Assembly (NCBI RefSeq): GCF_056746865.1
Contig: NZ_CM163382.1
Direction: 5' to 3' (one strand)
DNA length: 64,000 bases
Both the position numbers and the translations under genes were made by a program. Position 1 is the first letter of the stretch, and each line of letters opens with the position of its first letter. This document shows, piece by piece, positions 9,885 through 20,936 of this stretch. The notes beneath the pieces were generated by a model, which saw only the letters and a program-made list of their open reading frames with translations, did not search any database and had not been told where the DNA came from.

Positions 9885-11216
9885 ATGGAAAACGCTAAAA
9901 TGAATTCGCTCATCGCCCAGTATCCGTTGGTAAAGGATCTGGTTGCTCTTCAAGAAACCACCTGGTTTAATCCTGGCACGACCTCATTGGCTGAAGGTTT
10001 ACCTTATGTTGGCCTGACCGAACAGGATGTTCAGGACGCCCATGCGCGCTTATCCCGTTTTGCACCCTATCTGGCAAAAGCATTTCCTGAAACTGCTGCT
10101 ACTGGGGGGATTATTGAATCAGAACTGGTTGCCATTCCGGCTATGCAAAAACGGCTGGAAAAGGAATATCAACAACCGATCAGCGGGCAACTGCTACTGA
10201 AAAAAGATAGCCATTTGCCCATTTCCGGCTCCATAAAAGCACGCGGCGGGATTTATGAAGTCCTGGCACATGCAGAAAAACTGGCTCTGGAAGCGGGGTT
10301 GCTGACGCTTGAAGATGACTACAGCAAACTGCTTTCTCCGGAGTTTAAACAGTTCTTTAGCCAATACAGCATTGCTGTGGGCTCAACCGGAAATCTGGGG
10401 TTATCAATCGGCATTATGAGCGCCCGCATTGGCTTTAAGGTGACAGTACATATGTCTGCTGATGCCCGGGCATGGAAAAAAGCGAAACTGCGCAGCCATG
10501 GCGTTACGGTCGTGGAATATGAGCAAGATTATGGTGTTGCAGTCGAGGAAGGACGTAAAGCAGCGCAGTCTGACCCGAACTGTTTCTTTATTGATGACGA
10601 GAATTCCCGCACGTTGTTCCTTGGGTATTCCGTCGCAGGCCAGCGTCTTAAAGCGCAATTTGCCGAGCAAGGTCGTATCGTCGATGCTGATAACCCTCTG
10701 TTTGTCTATCTGCCGTGTGGTGTTGGCGGTGGTCCTGGTGGCGTCGCATTCGGACTTAAACTGGCGTTTGGCGATCATGTTCACTGCTTTTTTGCCGAAC
10801 CAACGCACTCCCCTTGTATGTTGTTAGGCGTCCATACTGGATTACACGATCAGATTTCTGTTCAGGATATTGGTATCGACAACCTTACCGCAGCGGATGG
10901 CCTTGCAGTTGGTCGCGCATCAGGCTTTGTCGGGCGGGCAATGGAGCGTCTACTGGATGGCTTCTATACCCTTAGCGATCAAACCATGTATGACATGCTT
11001 GGCTGGCTGGCGCAGGAAGAAGGCATTCGTCTTGAACCTTCGGCACTGGCGGGTATGGCCGGGCCTCAGCGCGTGTGCGCATCAGTAAGTTACCAACAGA
11101 TGCACGGTTTCAGCGCAGAACAACTGCGTAATGCCACTCATCTGGTGTGGGCGACGGGAGGTGGAATGGTGCCGGAAGAAGAGATGGAGCAATATCTGGC
11201 AAAAGGCCGTTCATAA
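9885..11216 (+). CDS. dsdA: D-serine dehydratase (PLP-dependent)
   Basis: 443-aa [22 protein letters not shown]..., PLP-lysine context SGSIKARGG. Confidence 0.9.
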   Translation: MENAKMNSLIAQYPLVKDLVALQETTWFNPGTTSLAEGLPYVGLTEQDVQDAHARLSRFAPYLAKAFPETAATGGIIESELVAIPAMQKRLEKEYQQPISGQLLLKKDSHLPISGSIKARGGIYEVLAHAEKLALEAGLLTLEDDYSKLLSPEFKQFFSQYSIAVGSTGNLGLSIGIMSARIGFKVTVHMSADARAWKKAKLRSHGVTVVEYEQDYGVAVEEGRKAAQSDPNCFFIDDENSRTLFLGYSVAGQRLKAQFAEQGRIVDADNPLFVYLPCGVGGGPGGVAFGLKLAFGDHVHCFFAEPTHSPCMLLGVHTGLHDQISVQDIGIDNLTAADGLAVGRASGFVGRAMERLLDGFYTLSDQTMYDMLGWLAQEEGIRLEPSALAGMAGPQRVCASVSYQQMHGFSAEQLRNATHLVWATGGGMVPEEEMEQYLAKGRS

Positions 11217-11321
11217 CGTTTCAACGCAGCATCGCCATCCTTTCCCTGGGTGAGCGATGCTGCCGATGGCGCAGACTTAAGATTCTACCGTCTTACCTGC
11301 TATAGCTCTCTCTTTTTACCA

Positions 11322-12860
11322 TCACCCAACGCCTTTCGCTGTAAACGGCGGTTTCGCAAACCAAACCAATACCGTAAGTAAGATAAAAGCAATAGCCGCC
11401 ATACGGAAAATCTCATTTGCAGAAATTGAAAGTGACTGCTGAGTTATTTCATTATTAATTTCATTAAGAACCCCTGAAAGCGAACCATAGTATTTATCCA
11501 TAATTTGTGACGATGAATTAAACACGGGGTTAAATTGATCGATTGTTGCTGTCAACTGACTATGGTGTAATGATTCTCGGCGTCCCCACAGCGTCATTGT
11601 CAACGACGTACCAACTGATCCTGACAAGGTACGAAAAAAATTACTCATACTCGAGGCATTGGCAAATTTATTATCTGGCAAACCTGAAAACGAAATCGTT
11701 GTTAAGGGTAAAAAGAAACAGGCGACGGCGAATCCCTGAAAAAACTGTGGCAAAATGATGCCTGTAAAATCAATCGTTGGCATAAATGTCACAGAACGCC
11801 AGTAATAGCAAACCGCATACATTAAAAAACTAAATGTCACCAACAACCGCATATCAATTTTGTTGCCATAACGTCCTATCAAAGGTGATATTAATAGCGG
11901 CATGATGCCGATGGGCGCATAGGCAAGTCCGGCCCATATCGCATTATACCCCATCGTTTCCTGGAGTAACTGCGGCATAAGGACTATCGCCCCAGAGTAA
12001 AATAAATACGCGCATGTGATACTCACAATACCAATGGTGAAATTACGGGACTTAAACAAACTGAGATCAAGAATCGGGTTCTCTGAGGTCGACTCCCAAA
12101 TGACTAAAGAAATCAGAGAAATAACTGACACTACTGTTAGTATTATTATTGTACTCGAGTTGAACCAATCCAGGTCGCGCCCTTTATCAAGCATTATCTG
12201 CAAGCCACCAACACCGAGCACTAACAGGGTCAGTCCTGGTAGATTCATTTTGACCGGTGAAGTCTCAGTTTCTCTTCCTTTAAGTAAGGTTAAGCATAAT
12301 GTCAGAACGATAATCCCCATAGGGACATTGATTAAAAATATCCAACCCCAGCTAAAGTTATCGCAAATATAGCCGCCCAATATCGGCCCACATATCGGAG
12401 CGATAATTACGGTCATTGACCATAATGCCAAAGCAAATGTTCTTTTTTCTGGCGGATAATTCCTTAATAATAAACTCTGTGACAGTGGAATTAACGGCCC
12501 CGCCATTAACCCCTGAACGACTCTAAAAAATATCAGCACATCAAGATTGGTCGATAGGCTACACATTAAGGAAGACAGCGAAAAAAAAGTGACTGAAAGT
12601 AAAAATAATCTTAATTCGCCTATTCTTTGTGCCAGCCTGCCGGTAACAGGGATCGCAATGGCATTTGCTACGCCAAACGAAGTGATAACCCAGGTGCCTT
12701 CGTCTGTTGATGCTCCCAGAAAGCCAGATATTGTCGGTATTGCGACGTTAGAAATAGTGGAATCCAACATTTGCATAAACGTCGCTAATGACAATGCAAT
12801 AGTGACGCACCATAACGTCCCACCGGTTAATGGTGCCGGAGTTGATTTAGTGATTGCCAT
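11322..12860 (-). CDS. emrY: Multidrug efflux MFS transporter EmrY (EmrB paralogue)
   Basis: 512-aa 14-TM MFS ORF downstream of emrK, overlapping it by 1 bp. Confidence 0.9.
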   Translation of the reverse strand: MAITKSTPAPLTGGTLWCVTIALSLATFMQMLDSTISNVAIPTISGFLGASTDEGTWVITSFGVANAIAIPVTGRLAQRIGELRLFLLSVTFFSLSSLMCSLSTNLDVLIFFRVVQGLMAGPLIPLSQSLLLRNYPPEKRTFALALWSMTVIIAPICGPILGGYICDNFSWGWIFLINVPMGIIVLTLCLTLLKGRETETSPVKMNLPGLTLLVLGVGGLQIMLDKGRDLDWFNSSTIIILTVVSVISLISLVIWESTSENPILDLSLFKSRNFTIGIVSITCAYLFYSGAIVLMPQLLQETMGYNAIWAGLAYAPIGIMPLLISPLIGRYGNKIDMRLLVTFSFLMYAVCYYWRSVTFMPTIDFTGIILPQFFQGFAVACFFLPLTTISFSGLPDNKFANASSMSNFFRTLSGSVGTSLTMTLWGRRESLHHSQLTATIDQFNPVFNSSSQIMDKYYGSLSGVLNEINNEITQQSLSISANEIFRMAAIAFILLTVLVWFAKPPFTAKGVG

Positions 12861-14023
12861 TAAAGTTGTCCATTATGCGAAATAATGTTGCTAATTTCTT
12901 TTTCTATCGGACTGGTATCGATAACTAAAGCCTTACTGGTATAAGCAGGCATGGACGTCACGGTTGAAGCCAGATCGGGCATCTCGGCAATGTCTTCGTT
13001 CCTGGTATCAATAGTTGCAGTCATCGATAAACCAATGCGCAAGGGATGTTCCATGAGTTCTTTTGGATCAAGAGAAACTTCAACCGGGACACGCTGAACG
13101 ATTTTGATCCAGTTCCCTGTCGCATTTTGTGCAGGTAATAAGGAGAACGCATTGCCGGTTCCCATATTGATCCCTGTCACCCGACCATGAAACACAACAT
13201 TTTCACCATAGAGATCGCTGATAATATTGACCGATTGACCAATCCGTACATCCGTGAGTTGTGTTTCTTTAAAGTTGGCATTAACCCACATTTGACGTGC
13301 CGGTACAACAGCCATTAACGATTGTCCGGGACTCACTGTTTCGCCAACCTGAACGCTTCTCTGGGCAATATAGCCGGTAACAGGACTCTTAATATCCGTA
13401 CGTTTAAGCACTAACCAGGCTTCTTTGGTTGCATCCGCCGCTTCAACGACTTGTGGCTGACGGTTTAATGGTGTGTTCATTACTAAAGCTTTATTCGCTT
13501 TATAAGCCTGAATAGCAGCATTCAATGCCGCTTTGCTACTTATTAACGTATCTTTGGTATGCTCCAGCGTTTCTTTTGAAATAACCCCCTGCTTCGCTAA
13601 AGGTACACGACGGTTATAATCTTCTAAAGATTGTTGATACTGAATACGTGCTGAAGCGACTTCGGCACTGTATTGTTTATCCTGTAAGTACAGTTTATTC
13701 GTTTGCCGAACAATATTGGCCAGATTATTTTTAGCTTTATTGAGTGCGATAGTGGCATCAGTCTTATCCAGTGAGACTAAAATGTCACCCTGTCGAACGT
13801 AGTTCGTATCTTTATGATTAACGACAGTGACGCTGCCTGAAACTTGTGCAGAAATTGGATCTGCATTCCCCGTGACATAGGCGTCATCTGTACTAATCAT
13901 GTCTTCTAATTCCATTGACCAATAGGCATAGGCACCTGAAAACGCAATAAATAAAACTACCGCCAATAAAGAAAAGTATTTTCTTCTGTTAGAATGTTTT
14001 TTATTTGAATTAATCTGTTCCAC
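12860..14023 (-). CDS. emrK: Multidrug efflux membrane fusion protein EmrK (EmrA paralogue)
   Basis: 387-aa ORF with single N-terminal TM and coiled-coil/HlyD-like body; divergent from evgA. Confidence 0.9.
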   Translation of the reverse strand: MEQINSNKKHSNRRKYFSLLAVVLFIAFSGAYAYWSMELEDMISTDDAYVTGNADPISAQVSGSVTVVNHKDTNYVRQGDILVSLDKTDATIALNKAKNNLANIVRQTNKLYLQDKQYSAEVASARIQYQQSLEDYNRRVPLAKQGVISKETLEHTKDTLISSKAALNAAIQAYKANKALVMNTPLNRQPQVVEAADATKEAWLVLKRTDIKSPVTGYIAQRSVQVGETVSPGQSLMAVVPARQMWVNANFKETQLTDVRIGQSVNIISDLYGENVVFHGRVTGINMGTGNAFSLLPAQNATGNWIKIVQRVPVEVSLDPKELMEHPLRIGLSMTATIDTRNEDIAEMPDLASTVTSMPAYTSKALVIDTSPIEKEISNIISHNGQL

Positions 14024-14196
14024 TATTATCTCTCATTTCGCATAGATGAAATTTATGAATTGAATGAAAAGAGTATTCATTCTTCATATCAAACACAGTG
14101 CATGTGTTGCACATTATCCCAGGAACGTTGGAGGCCTAATTTAAATGAGGTGCAAAAGAAACAACAGAGGACTAAACCGTGGCTTTTGCAATACGA

Positions 14197-14214
14197 TTCT
14201 TACGCCTGTAGGAT
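14197..14214. promoter_or_regulatory. Candidate EvgA box in the emrK-evgA divergent promoter region
   Basis: TTCTTACGCCTGTAGGAT resembles the TTCYTACA-N-TGTARGAA inverted-repeat type bound by EvgA. Confidence 0.4.
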
Positions 14215-14438
14215 TAGTGAGAAGACTTATAGTGCTAATGTGAAACTATAAATCATCGGTACAATCCCTGATTTTATTGTTGACATTTCATTTATGCCGA
14301 CTATTTATATGGTATACTTGTCGAATTATCTTAAAGGAAGCTCAAATTTTCTTATTTTTATTGAGAAAATGAGATGATGCCTTATGTCTGTATTACTACA
14401 GGGAGAAGGGAGATGCTTCATTGCAAAGGGAATAATCT

Positions 14439-15053
14439 ATGAACGCAATAATTATTGATGACCATCCTCTTGCTATCGCAGCAATTCGTAATTTATTGAT
14501 CAAAAACGATATTGAAATCTTAGCAGAGTTGACTGAAGGCGGAAGCGCCGTTCAGCGGGTGGAAACACTTAAGCCTGATATCGTCATCATTGATGTCGAT
14601 ATCCCCGGAGTTAACGGTATCCAGGTGTTAGAAACGCTAAGGAAGCGTCAATATAGCGGAATTATTATTATCGTCTCCGCTAAAAATGACCATTTTTACG
14701 GGAAACATTGTGCTGATGCTGGCGCTAATGGATTCGTGAGTAAAAAAGAAGGCATGAACAATATCATTGCGGCTATTGAAGCTGCAAAAAATGGCTACTG
14801 CTATTTCCCCTTCTCTCTCAACCGGTTTGTTGGAAGTTTAACGTCCGACCAGCAAAAACTCGACTCCTTATCGAAACAAGAAATTAGTGTCATGCGATAT
14901 ATTCTTGATGGCAAGGATAATAATGACATTGCTGAAAAAATGTTCATCAGCAACAAAACTGTCAGCACTTATAAAAGTCGCCTGATGGAAAAATTAGAAT
15001 GTAAATCACTGATGGATCTTTACACATTCGCACAACGTAACAAAATCGGCTAA
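14439..15053 (+). CDS. evgA: Response regulator EvgA (NarL/FixJ family)
   Basis: 204-aa ORF with REC domain (IIIDDHPLA, D-box) and C-terminal LuxR-type HTH. Confidence 0.9.
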   Translation: MNAIIIDDHPLAIAAIRNLLIKNDIEILAELTEGGSAVQRVETLKPDIVIIDVDIPGVNGIQVLETLRKRQYSGIIIIVSAKNDHFYGKHCADAGANGFVSKKEGMNNIIAAIEAAKNGYCYFPFSLNRFVGSLTSDQQKLDSLSKQEISVMRYILDGKDNNDIAEKMFISNKTVSTYKSRLMEKLECKSLMDLYTFAQRNKIG

Positions 15054-15057
15054 CCAC

Positions 15058-18000
15058 ATGAAGTTTTTACCCTATATTTTTCTTCTCTGTTGTGGTCTTT
15101 GGTCGACCATAAGTTTCGCAGACGAAGATTACATCGAATATCGTGGCATCAGTAGTAACAACCGTGTCACACTTGATCCACTACGTCTGAGCAACAAGGA
15201 ATTACGTTGGTTAGCGAGCAAGAAAAATCTTGTGATTGCAGTACACAAGTCCCAAACGGCTACGTTGTTGCATACCGATTCGCAGCAACGGGTTCGTGGT
15301 ATTAATGCTGATTATTTAAATCTGTTAAAAAGAGCGTTAAATATCAAATTAACACTCCGGGAATACGCCGATCATCAAAAAGCAATGGACGCGCTGGAAG
15401 AAGGTGAAGTCGATATAGTGTTATCACATTTAGTTGCTTCGCCGCCTCTTAATGATGACATTGCTGCAACCAAACCACTGATAATTACCTTTCCGGCGCT
15501 CGTCACCACCCTTCACGATTCAATGCGACCGCTTACCTCATCAAAACCAGTAAATATTGCTCGAGTAGCAAATTATCCCCCTGACGAGGTAATTCATCAA
15601 TCATTTCCAAAAGCAACAATTATCTCTTTTACAAATTTATATCAGGCATTAGCATCCGTCTCAGCCGGACAGAATGATTACTTTATTGGTAGTAACATCA
15701 TTACCAGCAGTATGATTTCCCGCTATTTCACTCACTCCTTAAATGTAGTGAAATATTATAACTCGCCGCGTCAATATAACTTTTTCTTAACCAGAAAAGA
15801 TTCAGTCGTTCTTAATGAAGTACTCAATCGGTTTGTTGATGCTTTAACAAATGAAGTTCGCTATGAAGTATCACAAAATTGGCTTGATACAGGAAACCTG
15901 GCCTTTCTGAACAAACCATTAGAACTGACTGAACATGAAAAACAGTGGATAAAGCAGCATCCCGATTTAAAGGTGCTGGAAAATCCTTACTCCCCTCCCT
16001 ATTCTATGACGGATGAAAATGGCTCGGTTCGGGGCGTTATGGGGGATATTCTTAATATTATTACCTTGCAAACAGGTTTAAATTTTTCTCCGATCACCGT
16101 TTCACACAATATCCATGCCGGAACACAGCTTAATCCCGGCGGATGGGATATATTACCTGGTGCTATTTATAGTGAAGATAGAGAAAATAATGTTTTATTT
16201 GCTGAAGCCTTCATAACAACGCCTTACGTTTTTGTCATGCAAAAAGCGCCTGACAGTGAACAAACATTAAAAAAAGGAATGAAAGTTGCCATTCCCTATT
16301 ATTATGAGCTTCATTCGCAATTAAAAGAGATGTATCCGGAGGTAGAGTGGATAAAAGTCGATAACGCCAGCGCTGCATTTCACAAGGTCAAGGAAGGTGA
16401 ACTTGATGCTCTGGTCGCGACACAGTTAAATTCGCGTTACATGATCGACCATTACTATCCTAATGAACTTTATCATTTTCTTATTCCCGGCGTTCAGAAT
16501 GCATCACTTTCGTTCGCTTTTCCTCGCGGAGAACCGGAACTTAAGGATATTATTAATAAAGCACTGAATGCAATTCCCCCAAGCGAAGTTCTGCGCCTGA
16601 CGGAAAAATGGATTAAAATGCCCAATGTGACCATTGACACATGGGATCTCTATAGCGAGCAGTTTTATATTGTTACGACATTATCCGTTTTATTAGTTGG
16701 CAGTAGCCTTTTATGGGGATTCTACCTGTTACGCTCAGTTCGTCGTCGTAAAGTCATTCAGGGTGATTTAGAAAACCAAATATCATTCCGGAAAGCACTC
16801 TCGACTCCTTACCGAATCCAACTTATGTCGTAAACTGGCAAGGTAATGTCATTAGTCACAATAGTGCATTTGAACATTATTTCACTGCTGATTACTACAA
16901 AAATGCAATGTTGCCATTAGAAAACAGTGAATCACCCTTTAAAGATGTTTTTTCTAATACGCATGAAGTCACAGCAGAGACGAAAGAAAATCGAACAATA
17001 TACACACAGGTATTTGAAATTGATAATGGCATCGAGAAAAGATGCATTAATCACTGGCATACATTATGCAATCTGCCAGCCAGCGATCATGCTGTTTATA
17101 TTTGTGGTTGGCAAGATATTACCGAGACGCGTGATTTAATTCATGCTCTCGAAGTAGAGAGAAATAAAGCGATCAATGCAACTGTCGCAAAAAGTCAGTT
17201 TCTGGCAACAATGAGTCACGAAATAAGAACACCAATAAGCTCCATTATGGGCTTCCTGGAACTTCTGTCGGGTTCTGGTCTTAGCAAGGAACAACGGGTG
17301 GAGGCGATTTCACTTGCCTACGCCACCGGACAATCACTCCTCGGCTTAATTGGTGAAATCCTTGATGTCGACAAAATTGAATCGGGTAACTATCAACTTC
17401 AACCACAATGGGTCGATATCCCTACTTTAGTCCAGAACACTTGTCACTCTTTCGGTGCGATTGCTGCAAGCAAATCCATCGCATTAAGTTGCAGCAGTAC
17501 GTTTCCTGAACATTACCTGGTTAAGATCGACCCTCAGGCGTTTAAGCAGGTCTTATCTAATTTACTGAGCAATGCTCTCAAATTTACCACCGAGGGGGCA
17601 GTGAAAATTACGACCTCCCTGGTTAACATTGATGACAACCACGCTGTAATCAAAATGACGATTATGGATTCTGGAAGTGGATTATCACAGGAAGAACAAC
17701 AACAACTGTTTAAACGCTATAGCCAAACAAGTGCAGGTCGTCAGCAAACAGGTTCTGGTTTAGGCTTAATGATCTGCAAAGAATTAATTAAAAACATGCA
17801 GGGTGATTTGTCATTAGAAAGTCATCCAGGCATAGGAACGACATTTACGATCACAATCCCGGTAGAAATTACCCAACAAGTGGCGACTGTCGAGGCAAAA
17901 GCAGAACAACCCATGACACTCCCTGAAAAGTTGAGCATATTAATCGCGGATGATCATCCGACCAACAGGCTATTACTCAAACGCCAGCTAAACCTATTAG

Positions 18001-18650
18001 GATATGATGTTGATGAAGCCACTGATGGTGTGCAAGCGCTACACAAAGTCAGTATGCAACATTATGATCTGCTTATTACTGACGTTAATATGCCGAATAT
18101 GGATGGTTTTGAGTTGACTCGCAAACTCCGTGAGCAAAATTCTTCCTTACCCATCTGGGGGCTTACAGCCAACGCACAGGCTAACGAACGTGAAAAAGGG
18201 TTAAATTGCGGCATGAACTTATGTTTGTTCAAACCGTTGACCCTGAATGTACTGAAAACACATTTAAGTCAGTTACACCAGGTTGCGCATATTGCACCTC
18301 AGTATCGCCACCTTGATATCGAGGCCCTGAAAAATAATACGGCGAACGATCTACAACTGATGCAGGAGATTCTCATGACTTTCCAGCATGAAACGCATAA
18401 AGATCTACCCGCTGCGTTTCATGCGTTAGAAGCTGGCGATAACAGAACTTTCCATCAGTGTATTCATCGCATCCACGGTGCGGCTAACATCCTGAATTTG
18501 CAAAAGTTGATTAATCTTAGCCATCAGTTAGAAATAACGCCCGTTTCAGATGACAGCAAGCCTGAAATTCTTAAGTTGCTGAACTCTGTTAAAGAACACA
18601 TTGCAGAGCTGGACCAGGAGATTGCTGTTTTCTGTCAACAAAATGACTAA
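15058..18650 (+). pseudogene. evgS: Hybrid sensor kinase EvgS, interrupted by a 1-bp frameshift near 16803
   Basis: Two ORFs (15058..16833 frame 1; 16908..18650 frame 3). Frame 3 is already open from 16803 and carries the continuation DSLPNPTYVVNWQ...; true N-part 582 aa + C-part 615 aa = 1197 aa, the length of intact EvgS. Confidence 0.7.
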
Positions 18651-18654
18651 ATAG

Positions 18655-18690
18655 CGGCTCCCACAATGTTCAAATGTGGGAGCTATTTAC
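18655..18690. terminator. Bidirectional terminator between evgS and yfdE
   Basis: Hairpin GCTCCCACA-atgttcaaa-TGTGGGAGC followed by T-rich tract. Confidence 0.55.
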
Positions 18691-18704
18691 CAGCACATCT
18701 TAAT

Positions 18705-19850
18705 TTACGATGAGAATTCCTGGCGAATTTGTTCCCCATGCTGGTCGAGCGTTGCCGCTCCCGGCATAACATGCGGGTCCGCGCAGCCGCTGATTTTTAT
18801 CGGATTACCCGGCATCATTATTCCCCCGGCTTCAATCAACATATTTCTCGCCTGAGTTTGTGGCAAATTAATGGCCTCAGCCACACTTAATAACGGCGCT
18901 ACGGGTACACCAACTTCATGTATTCTGGCTAACCAAACTTCAGCTGCCTGTGTTTTTAACGTCCGCTCAATATATTGTTTAAGAATAGCCTGGTTTTGTA
19001 CGCGTAAAATATTGCTGATAAATCGGGGATCATCAACCAGCTCCGTCAGATCCAGTGCCTGACATAACGCAGAAAAAAGCTTGTCATTACCACAACAAAT
19101 CGTAATCGGCTTATCCTGAGTATCGAAAACATCAAAAGGTGCCATGTAGGGGTGACGATTTCCCAGACGTTGTGGTGACTTCCCAGTCGCGATATATGCC
19201 ATCAGTCCGTGCTCCAGAAAACTCAGCGTGGCATCAAACATCGCTATATCGACATGCGCCCCTCGTTGGCTCTTTTCGCGGCCATAAAGTGCACTCACTA
19301 TTCCACTGAATAAATAGACACCGCCACATAAATCCGCAAGAGAGGTACCCACGCGCACTGGCGGAGCATCAGGGTATCCCGTTTCCATCATTATCCCGCT
19401 CATTGCCTGAATGATGGTATCGTAGGCAGGAGCATCTTTTAGCGGGCCGGTATGCCCAAAACCTGACGATGAAGCATATATGAGACGCGGGTTGATTTCT
19501 TGTAGCGTTTCCCATGAAAACCCCAGTTTTTCCATTGTACCTGGGCGAAAATTCTCAGCTAATACATCCGCTTGTTTAAGCATATTTATAAATATGCTTT
19601 TATCGTGATCATTCTTTAAATCAAGAACCACACTCTCTTTGCCATGATTAATAAAACTGTAATAGAGTGACTGTCCATCCACATAGGGACCAAATGTGCG
19701 GGTATCATCACCATGACCCGGCGGCTCAACTTTAATTACCCTTGCGCCCATATTACAAAGAAGTTGAGTTCCGAAAGGTCCATTAAGGACATGTGTCATA
19801 TCGATAACTAATAAGCCTTCAAACGGCCCTTTGCATTCATTATTTGTCAT
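18705..19850 (-). CDS. yfdE: Acetyl-CoA:oxalate CoA-transferase YfdE (family III CoA transferase)
   Basis: CaiB/BaiF-type CoA-transferase sequence; start trimmed to MTNNECKGPFEGLL (381 aa). Confidence 0.85.
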   Translation of the reverse strand: MTNNECKGPFEGLLVIDMTHVLNGPFGTQLLCNMGARVIKVEPPGHGDDTRTFGPYVDGQSLYYSFINHGKESVVLDLKNDHDKSIFINMLKQADVLAENFRPGTMEKLGFSWETLQEINPRLIYASSSGFGHTGPLKDAPAYDTIIQAMSGIMMETGYPDAPPVRVGTSLADLCGGVYLFSGIVSALYGREKSQRGAHVDIAMFDATLSFLEHGLMAYIATGKSPQRLGNRHPYMAPFDVFDTQDKPITICCGNDKLFSALCQALDLTELVDDPRFISNILRVQNQAILKQYIERTLKTQAAEVWLARIHEVGVPVAPLLSVAEAINLPQTQARNMLIEAGGIMMPGNPIKISGCADPHVMPGAATLDQHGEQIRQEFSS

Positions 19851-19923
19851 TTGCTTATGCCTTGAAAAAAGCCGAAGGTGAAAAGACACTTCGGCATTTA
19901 TGTAAAATCAATAACATGATTAA

Positions 19924-20868
19924 TTATGAAACCAGTCGACTGACATAAATCCACAAAGGAGCCGTGACGACAAAGCCCAGTACGCTCACAGCCAGTGACG
20001 CTGTACCAGTGCGGGTGTAGACATTAAACCGGCTGGCAATAATGATTCCGGAGAATGCCGGCGGTAAGGCGCCTGCCAGTACCATCATCTGCAAATGTTC
20101 GCTGTTCAAATGACATGCCATACCAACGAGAAGCAGCGCCAGTGGCATCAGAATTAGCTTCAGGAAGGTGTTATAAGCAATTTCGGCACTGAACTCGAAT
20201 TTATGTGCAGCCAGAGTCAACCCCGCAGCGAATACCGCCACCCCTGAGTTTGCCTTCGCAATCAGATTAAAGGTTGGGTCCCATGCTGCCGGAATTTTTA
20301 CCCCAACCAACACCAGGATCGTTGCCAGAACAGGTGCCCATACTACTGGCTCCTTTGCCGCAGAAATTAATGCGCTCAGATTACTATTCTTCTTACCATC
20401 CGCTCCTGAGGAAGGATTCAGCAAATACAGACCAATAGGAATAGTAATTGCGTTAACAATAATAGAAATAATTGCTACCACTAAACCTGTTGATACGGAA
20501 TCGCCATAAATAGGATCGAGAACTGCAAATCCCAGGAATCCGATGGTAGGTGAACCTGCAATTAATGCACATACTGCTGCTTCTGCATGAGTACGTTTAA
20601 AAAATTTGTAGCAACCAAACCAGGAGAAAAAGAAACATCCGACAATAACCACAAGTGATACAAGGGTCAGGCGAGTGTCCGCAAAAATCATTTCCCTGTT
20701 TGCCCGGGTAATAGAAACAAATAGGGCCGCAGGAAGAGCGTAGTTTAATACCAGTTTATTAAATGCCCGGGCTTGATCTTCTGAAAAAGTTTCTCGTCTG
20801 CCGCTAAAATAACCCAACAGCATGATTACGATAATAGGCAATAAATCGCCAATAAAAAATGTTAGCAT
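19924..20868 (-). CDS. yfdV: AEC-family transporter YfdV
   Basis: 314-aa polytopic membrane ORF within the frc-oxc-yfdV-yfdE cluster. Confidence 0.85.
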
Positions 20869-20936
20869 AATAGTATTTCCGATAAGGGTCCCCTCACCAT
20901 CGATAATGAGTTGGCAAGAGGAGACGATGTCAGTAT

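Noticed and set aside
16908-18650. Second ORF after evgA-proximal kinase gene looked like a separate stand-alone histidine kinase / REC-HPt gene
   Set aside because: Its frame is open 105 bp further upstream and continues the EvgS sequence; the two parts sum to exactly 1197 codons, so it is the downstream half of a frameshifted evgS, not an independent gene.
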